DNA of 64,000 nt from Spizellomyces punctatus DAOM BR117 (lineage: Eukaryota). The translations under genes were made by a program, and so were the position numbers. Shown piece by piece: positions 13,277-31,305 of the stretch (position 1 is its first letter; each line of letters starts with the position of its first letter). The notes under the pieces were generated by a model that saw nothing but the letters and a program-made list of their open reading frames with translations, was not told the DNA's origin and ran no database searches. The DNA is taken from the NCBI GenBank assembly GCA_000182565.2, contig KQ257453.1. One strand, 5' to 3'.

Positions 13277-13821
13277 TCAAGCAGCAATCAAGCGTCGAAG
13301 GGTCTCCAGTACATCGCCTTTGCTCTCCCTCAATGCTCGTTCTGCCGTGCCCTTTCCAATTTGGAATTCATTCATCTTGCGTGCGGTCAGCGACGAGTGC
13401 AAGGCAAACCAATTTTGCATTACATTAATACTTACAATCAGCTCAACATCCTCTTTTGTCAATACGACTTTGGCCAGTTCTTTGTCCCTTGCTGATTTCT
13501 GTGCCTTTTGTTTTTTACTCACATCTGTCAAAAAGGTCATTGCCTTAAGAAAGCCAAGAGCATGAGACGAATCCAAATTACCAGTGAAGCTTGCGGCTTT
13601 CTACTTACCTTTCCTATCTTGCCTTCATCCACCTTGTCTCCTACTCTTTCGTCAAAGTATCCGGACACATTTTGCATATCTTTAGTCGCCTGGCCCTTGA
13701 AGCCTTTTTGCTGTGCCTCTTGATCTTCCCCTTCCTCCACCTGCTGGGAATCCTTTTGAGCAGCTACAGGCGCAGCAGATGCGGCACTTGCTTGGGCTGC
13801 TGCTGCTGGTTTCTTGGGCAT
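13277..13821 (-). CDS. HYPK: HYPK-like (huntingtin-interacting protein K) NatA/NAC-associated protein with C-terminal UBA-like domain
   Basis: KDMQNVSGYFDER, DKELAKVVLTKEDVELI and NEFQIGKGTAERALRESKGDVLETLRRLI match the HYPK pattern. Confidence 0.8.
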
Positions 13822-14007
13822 GGTGAAATATGCGAAATTGTGTGGATCGGAGACAGATCTCCAAAGACTGACTTTTGAGGGGATGACTCATCACAGAGGC
13901 TTAGCCTCCTGTCCGCCGTCGTTTAGACTTCCGACGAAGCGCTTTCTTGCCTTGTAGATCCTGCGGGATCTAACTTAGTTTCCGTCAATTTCAATGTCAC
14001 CGACCCC

Positions 14008-20395
<6,388 letters not shown>

Positions 20396-20538
20396 GCTAC
20401 GACGCGACCTTGACACGAAAGTTCACCAGAACAAGAGGGGCATGGTTACCTATAATCCTCTCATGTACCATAATGTTTATAGTTCCCATCACCACCATGC
20501 TTAATCTTTGTTTATTGAATAATATACAGATATTACAA

Positions 20539-21387
20539 TTATTCCGACTCTTCATCGTCCTCGTCGTCGTACGCATACTCCATATCTTCATCTTCAAAAG
20601 CTTTTTGCACGTGAGTGCTCACTCGTATACTGCTCGTCTGGACTGATGCTTGAGGTCTTCCACTCCCATTCACCACATTTTTGCTCTGCGGTTCACTAAT
20701 TATCATCTCCTCTCGTTGTTTTCTGAGTGCTGCGAGACGTGATACAAAGGTCTCTTGTTCCATCCGTCGCTCCTCGTCCCTCCCCATATCTTCTTCTTCT
20801 TCCTCCACCTCTGCTACCTGATCAGCAGCTATCACATCTTGCTCAATCTCCTTTTTGAAGAGATCATATTCTTTGGCTAATTGGTCTTCTCTTCGCTTAG
20901 CTGCTTCTCGTGCGGCCTGTGCTGGGTTAGTATCAAAAAAGTCGGATGGAAGTGTAGACGGCGGTGCTTGAAGAGATGATTCGGCGGAAGTGGAAAGTGA
21001 TGGCTCATTGGAGGTGCGTGGAGGAGAAGACGTTGGTGCTGCTGGTGTATTGTCAAAGAAGTCTGCCGGAAGTGCATCGTTTGCGGATTCTAGAGCTTCC
21101 GATGGTTCGGTTTCCTTTCTTCTTCGCTTTCGCGACTGCGCGGCTTCTGTTTCCTTGGATTCATCCTGCGAGTCGCTCCCATATCCACCCAGACTGGCAA
21201 CGGCGACGACCGCTTTGTCTGGCTTCGCTGCGGGAGATTTGGGTGAAGGTTCCTTTGCCGACTTGACTGTAGATCGGCTTGCAACAGTGGCGGCTTTCCG
21301 TGTTTGCTTGCGAAGAGAGGATGGGGTGGTCGATGGCGACGAGCGAGCAGCCCGCGCTTGCTTCAGCAGGCGGCGTACGTCGGACAT
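20539..21387 (-). CDS. ZNF830/CCDC16-like spliceosome-associated coiled-coil protein (no zinc finger visible)
   Basis: Single ORF of 282 aa; N-terminal MSDVRRLLKQ, two LP.DFFD motifs and a helical EYDLFKKEIEQ...EQ segment as in ZNF830 homologs. Confidence 0.6.
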   Translation of the reverse strand: MSDVRRLLKQARAARSSPSTTPSSLRKQTRKAATVASRSTVKSAKEPSPKSPAAKPDKAVVAVASLGGYGSDSQDESKETEAAQSRKRRRKETEPSEALESANDALPADFFDNTPAAPTSSPPRTSNEPSLSTSAESSLQAPPSTLPSDFFDTNPAQAAREAAKRREDQLAKEYDLFKKEIEQDVIAADQVAEVEEEEEDMGRDEERRMEQETFVSRLAALRKQREEMIISEPQSKNVVNGSGRPQASVQTSSIRVSTHVQKAFEDEDMEYAYDDEDDEESE

Positions 21388-21658
21388 GGTTGGTAGTAAA
21401 TTGGAATCGTCTGTGGATGGCCAATGCGTTCAACAGGATAGCAGACTAGTTCCATCGGTTGCAATCGGATTTTTGGAACCAACAATCCAACTCGTTGATT
21501 CTTCAACAATACAAGTTGCAAAAGATCACACTCGCTCGCAGATTTCTGCCTCCAAGGGGAGGACTATATGAGATTTATGAGGAGCGCACAGCACACAAAT
21601 AATAAATTCTACAATTAATTAAATACTAGTATGCAAAAATAGCAACACGTTCGCAGTG

Positions 21659-23574
21659 TTAGACGACAGGCAAGGTCTCGTCGCTCGGCACCTTGATTTC
21701 AAGTGCCCGTTGAGCTTCAGCGAATTCGGCTTTTGCGATGGAGTCCATGTCAATGTCCGCAGTAGGGCCTAAAAACATGTAAAGTTTATATTTCAGTGAG
21801 TAGATCGCAGCCAAAGAGAACGTCCATACACACCTTTGAACCATCGTCGTGCATCGAGCGCCCACCACCCACCGGCAAATAACAGCATAAAGCCAACTGC
21901 CACTGGGGTGTAGTTTAGCTCACTTGCTTTGACGGGCCACGCCTGTTTAGATAGAGTGAGTCAAAATACTGATCTTTACAATGAGCTCCACGTATACTAA
22001 TGATATGTACCTGCGGCAAATTGAACAGGACAAACGCAAGAGCTGTCCACGCACATCCGAGTCCACCCAAAAGATACGACCAGCGTCCCAAGTTGAATTC
22101 GGATTGTACAAAATTCTTCCGGCCAACGGTGATGCGTAGAAAGACCGGAATCGCGTACGATACAGTAAATCCAATAATGGAGATACCAGATACAGCCGAA
22201 AGAGCCGATAGGGAAAACATGGATGGGATGGCGAGGATGCAGACTAGAAGTGCTGACAGCCACACAAGACGGATTGGCATTCCAGATCTTTCATCGAGCC
22301 CAACCCAAAACTTTGAATAAGGAAGACCGCCATCGCGGGCAAAGGCATAGAACATACGGGAGTTGGCCGCAAGAGTACCGATACCGCAACACCACCCAGC
22401 AGACACAACAATAGAAAGGAGGAAAAGACCTCCATTGGTTCCCGCAGATTGTGTAAATACATACGCGGCAGCATTTCCAGACGCGATAGCAGCCTCAATG
22501 TCATCAACGTTAAAGTTAAGACCCAGAATCAAAGCCCAACCCATGACGACGGCCGCGATGATGGTGTACACAATGCCACGAGGTCCGTTGATGTAAGAAT
22601 CTTGGGTTTCTTCGGACATGTGTGCAGACGAGTCATATCCGAGCATAGACCATTGAGATGGCAGCAAACCAAGCAGGAAAACCAGAAAGCTGCTGTACCC
22701 AGCAGCGGTGTAGCCACTGCCATCATGAAATTCAGTGAAGACAAACTTTGCAGAGTTCTAATGTTCCTTGCAGTCAGTATGTGCCAAACTGCGACAGTAA
22801 TGAATAAAAAAAACCTTACCCTGTGTGAACTGGTAGCGAAAAGGACGATCACAATGACAATGGTTCCGAGAATGTGAACCCAGACACTAAAGATGCTAGT
22901 CGCTTTCAAGCCAATCCCTCCCATCGTATTGACCAAGGCCCCAGTAATAACAAGGGCCAAGAAGATGCCATATGTCTTGTATTCGTTAATTTCAGTGCCA
23001 GGGTTGGCAATGGTGATCATCGCACCCAAAAGCTGTGCTGCTGAAAGCACAGATCCAGAGGCACCTGCGACCTGACCTAGAGAGTTGAACCACGCTTCGA
23101 ACCAGGAGAAGACTGGACCGTATTTACGACCACCAAGCTTTGCGGTCCAGTAGTAGAGGCCACCAGCAGTGGGATAAGCTGCACACAAGTGAACAGAGTC
23201 AAAAGTAGTCCATCTTTCCCAACCAATTTCGGATACTCACTTGAGCAGATCTCAGCCATGCAAAGACCAATACACATGACAAATGAGGCCACAAGGAGCC
23301 AACCCCACGTAAGGGCGACCGGTCCACCCAATGTCAGAGCAAAGGAGTAGAGAGGAATGACACCGATCAAGACAGACGCATTTGTCAAGACGAAACCAAA
23401 GTTTTGAAAGGCAGAGAACTGGCGCTTCAGGTTCTGCTGGTATCCCAGCTGATGGACGACGAGTCAAAGGATTTCAGCAATGAGCAGGCTGTTTGTGTTT
23501 TTCACCCTGGAGCTCACCTTGGCCAAACGGATCTCATCCTCGGTCGCGGGTTGGTGAACAGTCTTTGACGCCAT
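21659..23574 (-). CDS. APC-superfamily amino acid/polyamine permease (GABA/choline, UGA4-like), multi-exon
   Basis: LGYQQNLKRQFSAFQNFGF, GGPVALTWGW, MAEICS.AYPTAGGLYYW, GYDSSAHMSEET, SRMFYAFARDGGLP. Confidence 0.92.
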
Positions 23575-24027
23575 GGCACTCACTTCCTTGCCGTCCTCGG
23601 TGTGAGATGGGCTTGCGTCGATGGGATCGTCGTTCGTCCGTCGCCGCCGTGGTCGTCCTTTTAACCTTTTTTTGTCAACGGCGGTCGAGCGGAGCGATTT
23701 TTTAAACTCAAAAAATTCTTTTTTCTAAAATCCTCTTTTGGTTAAATTGCCATCTAACCTTTTATAGCAATATGGACGGGCAGTACGTAATCAACGATAA
23801 TCTGACGCTTGTCCGACCGTTCCAGAAATATGGTTCACAGACAAGCCCGCGGCTCAGAGCGATTGAAGCGATTCCCGGAAAGTGGCTTATTCCGCCAGCC
23901 ACCTGACATCATGTGAGAGTTCATAAATACAAAAAGGGTTTAATGAGACTTGTCCATGTCCGGAAGCTTGCCCACCGCCCAAAAGCTCCTTCCGTTCGCC
24001 CCATCCAGCCCCATTTTTCTCGATCGA

Positions 24028-24035
24028 TTTCCCGC
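24028..24035 (+). promoter_or_regulatory. E2F-consensus site (TTTCCCGC) just upstream of the RPA1 start
   Basis: Exact match to TTTSSCGC ending 5 nt before ATG 24040. Confidence 0.35.
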
Positions 24036-24039
24036 AAAC

Positions 24040-26938
24040 ATGACCTTGCGACTCACAAAGGGAGCCCTTCTCTCGGTCTCTCAGGCACCGCCAAACGTTG
24101 AAGGACCGAATGCTGTTCTTCAAGTGCTGCAAATTAAAAAGACAAACTTGGATAAATACAGGTTGGTTCAGCACGAACGAGAGATTCAGGGTGCTTCCGA
24201 ATTTGTTGACCATTCCCCGCTCCCTTTTTTACATGTTACAGATTATTGCTTTCAGATGGAGATCATTACATGACGGGTAACCCACTATTTGACACCCCTT
24301 GTATTGTCCAGCTCGGCGCATGAGCTGACGCAAATGACTGTAGCCATGCTTAACACGCAATTCAACGACAAGGTGACTTCGGGTGAGATGAGAAAGGGTG
24401 CTATAGTCCGTCTCACACGGTACCTCTGCAATGATGTAGCCAACAACCGCAGGTCAATATTGCTTTCGCTGAAAGAGTTTACGATTAAATGTCTCTGACA
24501 TTGTTCCTTTTACCATGTAGAATTCTTATCATCTTGGGTGTTGACGTTTTAACGCCACATCAGGACAACATTCCTAGGCAAGGCAATCCCGCAGGTCTCG
24601 GAATGGGTGAAAATTCAAATGTCGCTCTGCAGCAAGAGCAAGATCAAGATCAGCAAGCACAATCCCGGAACTACGGAGCGCCGGTGGCCACCGTACAGGG
24701 TACCACAGGTTATGGCGGCAACAACACAGGGTACGGTGGTGGAAATTACGATGGTGGATATCGCCAACAACAACCACCACCACAGCAGCAGCAGCGGCAA
24801 GGAGGGTTCGGCTCGAACCCTCAAGGCAAATTTGGTGGGGGTGGGACAAACATGCCTCCCAAGACTGTCGGTGATACACCAGCGGCGATCTTTCCTATTA
24901 GTAGTCTGAGTCCGTACCAGAACAAGTACGTTGCATTACTGTTTCTGGATGTGATCAGGCACCAATATCCTTGTAAACGTCTAAACTCTTGCGTCAATAG
25001 GTGGACTATAAAGGCACGAGTGGTAGGAAAATCTGACGTGAAGCACTGGGACAATCAGAGAGGTCAAGGGAAACTGTTTAGTTGCACTTTTGTGGATGAA
25101 AGTGTAAGAATCTACATGACATGGGTTTTGGAAATTGAGACGATTGGGCTCATGTGATGGAATAGGGAGAGATTCGGGCAACCGGTTTCAACGATGCAGT
25201 GGACGCATGGTATGACGTTTTAGAGGACGGGAAGGTAAGATATTTTGCGGTAAGACTATAAAGAGAACCTCCGGCAATTCTTGACATTGGCGAATGTAGG
25301 TTTATTATGTCTCGAAAGCTCCGATCAAACCTGCAAAGAAACAATTTTCGAACGTTAAAAACGAATATGAAATGCAAATCGAGCCTGGAACCACCATTAC
25401 ACCGGTAAGCTTAGTTAAGATGTCTCTGGTACTTCCAAGATTTGACCGAGATGCGTGAATGGTCAAAGTGTTTGGATGCATCAGGTTTGCCGGAAATGCG
25501 CTACAGTTTTGTCGAGCTCTCTAAACTGTATGAAGTCCAAAACGGATCAATCATTGGTTAGTACGCGACGCTCAATTCCGGTATTGGCTGAAGATGTTTA
25601 ATTATCTCCTTACAGACGTAATTGGTATCGTCCGAGACGTTGGTGATTTGGGAGAGCTAGTGTCCAAAACAACTCAGAGACCTGTAGGTGGCCAAGTAGC
25701 TGATATAACTATGATCCGCACAGCCATTTTGATATTCCATGTGCATCGCATGACTCGTTTTAGTTCAAGAAACGGGATCTTACCATTGCAGATGCCACCC
25801 TTTTTGAAGTGCGGATGACGCTTTTCGGTCGACATGCGGAGACGTTTGATGGTAGAGATTGTCCCGTCCTTGCTGTCAAAGGAGTCAAGGTTGGGGATTT
25901 TGGAGGTGCTTATCCAGAATCCATTGGCCATCTTGATTAGATCATCTAAGTCATGTCTTACGTGCAGGTCGGTCGCTTACAGCATTGAGCTCTTCGATGC
26001 TGAGTGTCAATCCCGATATATCGGAAGCTCACCATTTGCGAGGATGGTACGATACTGAGGGTAAAACTCAGCAGTATCAAACGTACAGCACGGCTGGTGG
26101 CACGGGGGTAGGCACCGGCACAGGCGGCAAAAGAGAGCCTTTCAAATGCATCGCACAGATAAAGGATGAGAACTTGGGCATGGGCGAGAAAGTAAGTATT
26201 GGCAACGGGTGTATTATCATACAGTCGGATGTCTAACTTTGGCATCTATTGCAAGCCGGACTACTTCAGGGTTCGTGCCCTGGTCACGTTTTTCAAAGAC
26301 CAGAATTTATGGTATCCTGCTTGTCCGTCCGAGAACTGTAATAAGAAAGTGACAGACGTCAGCACTGGTTGGCGTTGCGAAAAATGCGACAAACTATACC
26401 CTAACCCTTCATACCGGTAGGTTCATCTCTTTACAATATCTTAGCCCTGGAGAAAGGCGTAACATAAATTGTGGATATAGGTACATTTTGTCACTCAGCA
26501 TCAGCGATCACACAGGTGGAATGTGGCTTCAAGCATTCAACGAAACCGCTCAGTCCTTGTTGGGCAAGTCAGCTGATGAGTTGGTTCAACTCAAGGTGAG
26601 CTAGTCTGCAGATGTATCACATTTTTGATCATTTCTCAATCTTGGTGTCAACAGGATATGGACCCTGCTGCGTTTGCTGCGGTCCTGGCGGCCCCCAACT
26701 TTAGAATTTATGACTTTAAAGTACGAGCCAAGGCGGAAACATATCAGGTATATCAGCTATGCAATGCTCATATTTTATGTAATTGCTCAATGTCTTTTGT
26801 TTGCGGCCCCAGGATGAAGCAAAGGTGCGGAGCACGATCATGGGGTATACACCCATCAACTATGCATCGGCCTCACATGAGTTGAGCTCCATGATTGAGC
26901 AGTACGGGTCGATGGGAGTCAAGGAGGAGTTAATGTAA
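24040..26938 (+). CDS. RFA1: Replication protein A 70 kDa subunit, multi-exon
   Basis: [39 protein letters not shown], zinc motif [14 protein letters not shown]...WRCEKC; Gly/Gln-rich linker after the N-terminal OB fold. Confidence 0.96.
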
Positions 26939-27296
26939 TTAGCAACATCATTTAAATAAGTGTATTTTCTTTTGCAAGCGTAGAACGGGAATGTGGTTAA
27001 GGATGTTTCATGTCGTGAGCTGTATGTATGAAATATGGCAACGACAACGATATTGAACTCATTTATCCCAATTCGTTGATGAACACGTGACACCACAATT
27101 CTCCACCAGAAGCTGGACGTTGGATGAGCAGAAGTTAATTTTGGCAATTGAAAGGATTTCAGTTCATTTCCCATCTGCAATCACACTGCAGTTTTTCGTT
27201 TAGCTCTGATAGGTCTTTACCCAACACATTTTTCTATCCACCCGAGATACAAGGCCCGCTCCTGTCACAAGAATCCATTTGACGATTGCAAGCGCT

Positions 27297-28421
27297 ATGG
27301 TGAAGCTGAATTATGATGTTTTGGTGACTGCACCGTCGTACTTGAACGCTGTGAAGGACAGGGAGCTGGATTTGAGAGGTACGTGGGCCAAGCAGTGGCA
27401 GTAATATTGACTTATATTCTGGGAGGAGGAGGCAGTAAGAGTGCATGAGAAGGCTGCTGAAGAGACGTTGACGATGTCTACGCTATGTATTCGAGATCGC
27501 TAATGATCTGCCGCACCTTTTTCAAAATGTGCACACACTGACGTTCATCTTTTTCCATACACACTCATGGACGAACATTGCAGGGTTAAAAATACCGCAA
27601 GTGGAGAATTTGGCGATCACAAAGGTAAACCCTAACTGACTAGCACGCCATACAATAATGCCAAGTATCTCATTCTTGGTTTCCAATTATTGCAACCCTC
27701 GCTTAGGATTCACATGATGTCGTTGACCTGACTGATAACGATCTAAGACGATTGGACGGCTTCCCTCTGATGAAACGACTGAAGGCTCTAATGGTTAGCA
27801 ACAACCGAATCACACGAATCGATCTCGATCTCGCCAAGCAGCTACCAAACCTGAATACTTTGATTCTGAATAACAACCATATTGAAGAGCTTGGGGACTT
27901 GGACCCGTTGGGAAATTTTGAACATTTAGAGTGTCTCAGTTTGATGGACAATCCGGTGGCGACCAAGAAGTACTATCGGTCATATGTGATCCATAGATGT
28001 CCAAAAGTTAGGATATTGGATTTCCGGAAGATTAGGGAAAAAGTACGAAAGAGAAAAAGATGGTTCTGCTCATTTTTGGCAAACAAGGTTACTCAATTCG
28101 TGTAATAAACTTGCGTAGGAACGACGGGACGCGGCCCAGCTATTTTCCGGCGCAGAAGGAACCAAATTGGCAGCGACTCTCTCCGCCAAAGGTCGAGCCA
28201 AGACGTTCGAACCAGGGGAAGTACTAAAGAAGGCTGCTAGGCCATATCAAGGTCCTTCCCCGGAGGAGGCGGCCAAGATCCGAGAAGCGATCAAGAATGC
28301 AAAAACATTGGATGAGGTTACCCGGTTGGAGAAGCTTCTGCAGGCTGGACAGGTACCGGACGGGAGTGCACAAAGGCCCCCAAGAAACCTGGATATGATG
28401 GAGACAGAAGAGGATGAGTGA
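27297..28421 (+). CDS. SNRPA1: U2 snRNP protein A' (leucine-rich repeat)
   Basis: MVKLNYDVLVTAPSYLNAVKDRELDLRG-LKIPQVENL, DLTDNDLRRLDGFP, NPVATKKYYRSYVI, IKNAKTLDEVTRLEKLLQAG. Confidence 0.95.
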
Positions 28422-29776
28422 CAAGAAGTATAAGTGGCGGATAGATGCGATGCGATGGTTTTGAGGAGTGCAAAGTGTTTGCCTGTGGAGCAAATGTAAT
28501 TAGTTTGTTTATATGAGCTATCGCTTTGAGTACGGACTGCAAAATGCATTCTTGGCTTGTGTAAATGCGCAGCGTGGAAGGAGAAGAAAATGCCATAAAG
28601 TGCAAATACCCCAATTATGCTAGCAAAGCTGGGTATTTGCATTTTGCGCTATGCCATACCAATGCACCCGGCTTTTGTAAATGCTTTGCCGCATGCACTG
28701 CAGATAGGTGACCCGCGCACCCAATTGTATGGCATGATGTCTTTTCAGATCATGTCGTCTTGTAAAAACTGCGAGGACAGATTGGACACTTGTATGTTGA
28801 TGTAAATGGACAGCAGTGCCGCGAGGTCGTACTCTAGCTGGTGCCCATAAATAATGTACCTATTATTGTCGCACTCCGCCTGCTGGGCGATAGTTCGGCG
28901 TTAGCAGGTAATACATAGATGCTGAAGGGAACCCAGTAGGCGATAGGTGGGTGAATGTCAGCATGGCACGGGATAAATGCTTTGAACGAAAGGTGATACC
29001 TGCGGAACTGGCGCTGGTAAAATCGCGTATGAGCAGAGAGGGGAGCGATGGATGTTGGTGCGTCTGTTGAACATTTGGTTCGGGTATAGAGGTATTGCAA
29101 GGTGTCAGCTAGAGTAGATGGACGTGCACAGCATGGATGCCGTCGTTTCTTTGGACTGGAGACATGTTTTTTGGGCGACTACAAGGAGCCGCCAGTGTGG
29201 AATGTCTACCTTTCGCGGCTGAGAATAAGCATTGGGTTTTTTGTGCAAGAAGAATTGTGGTCAAGTGATAGTTGATTGAGATGGTAAGATTGGTTGAAAC
29301 TGTAGGAGGCTGGGCTCTTTGGTGCTCCCTCGTTCATATCTGCAGACAAGCATACGGGTAGTCTAATTTCTTGTTCCATCCCAGTGTTCACGCAATCTAA
29401 CATGTACCGGGACGGCATTTGAAGCCTGTATGTTCGGATACTGGATCCCAAATCAATTTCAGGAGTTCACTTGAGGGTCAGCCTTCAACAAAGCACAGCT
29501 TGCCGTGGTAATGACGTCCGTGATCGGTTTCTGGAACCCGGTCCGACTGATCCGTAGAAAACGCCCCACTGAAGGTTCGGAGGGCCTCCATCGGCTTACG
29601 TTAGCAGCAACGCGCGTGTGCGAAAACCCTACAAAACCTAGCGACGGTAGAGTTCCAAACGACATGAGAAAATGTCACATTCATTCTACTGTAAAGAAAA
29701 ACAATATTCTGTTCCTCCCCCAGTGAGATCTCGCAACATGCTATTGTAACGTGTCCCATCATTCCACCATGATCAT

Positions 29777-30918
29777 CTATTGCTCGTCGTCATCGTCTGT
29801 ACCGTTTTCCGACTCGTCCACCAAGTCGAACTCAATAATATAGAACGGTACATTCTTGGAGAGCGATTTTGATATTAATCGTATAGGTTGCTTATTCAAG
29901 TACTGCAATAAGTTGATGTTTATGCCCAGCGTCAGATCAAACGTATTGAGGTTCATGAAAGGTGCAAAAATCTGAAAACGATGACATGTTTGAGTTTCGA
30001 GCGAGACCGGTAGACAAAATCCTCATCACACCACAGCGCACCTCAAAATTATAAATGTAATCTGGCTTGAAGACCATCTCTTTGCGCGCGTTTTCATTCT
30101 GAAAGTACTTTCTGCGCTCTGAGATGCCATCCGAAGGGAATGGCGAATCTTCTCTTGACGACAGCAGGAGTTGCGTACTCTCTTGCAGTTCGTCAGGTCC
30201 AAACCAAGCCCACTTTGTCAGTTGGGGTTCTGGCTTCTCGTCCGCAGATTTGGTAAGTTTTGAGACCTCCAGTTTCACATTCTTTGACTTTGACGTATCA
30301 GGTCCAGTAACAGTCTGCCCGCCTACGGTAGTTCGAGGATTTGACTCCGCGGGATGGGCATTTGTGACGGGATTCTCCGCTTTTACAACATTCACAATGT
30401 TCATTGAACAGAGAGCCGGGCTCCAGAGCCATGGTTTGTCAGCATACACATCATTCTTTAGAGCTGGGTCAATCAGATTAGCGAATTTGAGGGCCACCCA
30501 GGAGCCAGTGGGCAGAATCACTTTCTTCTCAAACTCTGAACCAAAAACAACGTCATCTGCAGTGTATTCCTGGCGATATTTCATTTTTCGTCAGACTTCC
30601 GCAAACGATATCGAATCGTCTACACCCAGAGTCACTCACATGTTTGAATCTCCCACAGACTTGTACGGAGAATAACCGTTTCTTGCTCTCAAAGTACGGT
30701 AAGGACTCGATAGGTTTGGACCCGTCCGCTGTGATCCCTTTAAAGTTCTTCACGCGCACCGATACATATCCAGTAAAGTAGGGAGAGTCGATGAAATGTG
30801 GGTTTTTCTCATCGTTGATGTTTGCCACCGCCAAAGTGTCCAAGGATGGGCCAATTCGGCATCGCAATTTTCTGTTCCCGATGGCGGCTTGACCGCTGGC
30901 ACCAAATAAGTACTCCAG
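29777..30918 (-). CDS. DUF1769-family protein; start codon uncertain
   Basis: KLRCRIGPSLDTL, IDSPYFTGYVSVRVKNF, YFESKKRLFSVQVCGRFK, DDVVFGSEFEK, IDPALKNDVYADKPWLWSP; three exons traced. Confidence 0.75.
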
Positions 30919-31305
30919 TTTGGCAGTGGTATCAAGGTAAACGTGGGAGATGAGGGCGAGCTATAAAGACACTTGAAATTGTGGCAAACGTGGAGAGAAG
31001 AATAAGCCCATGACGATTATGCCAAAAACATTTTGTTTGCCTTGAACATACCTGAATGCGATGATAATGCTAATGTCCCAAGCCGTTGCAGAGATGGGCT
31101 TCGTCGGTCGCTGCCAGCCGTCCAAATGAGAAGAAAAAAAAACAAAACAAAAAAAAGCCAAACGAAAAAGCGTTGACGTTGAAGGGGACGCTTTTTAACC
31201 GCGCGCCCGAATTGAATCATCCATATGATGGATGGATCGCGTGGCAAATAGTGTGGCCAGCAGTTTGCCATCTTAGACTGAACGAACAAACGAACGACGA
31301 CGGAA

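Noticed and set aside
27379-27582. Unusually long first intron of U2A' as a C/D snoRNA host
   Set aside because: Only degenerate box C matches, and no terminal stem or guide that I could verify
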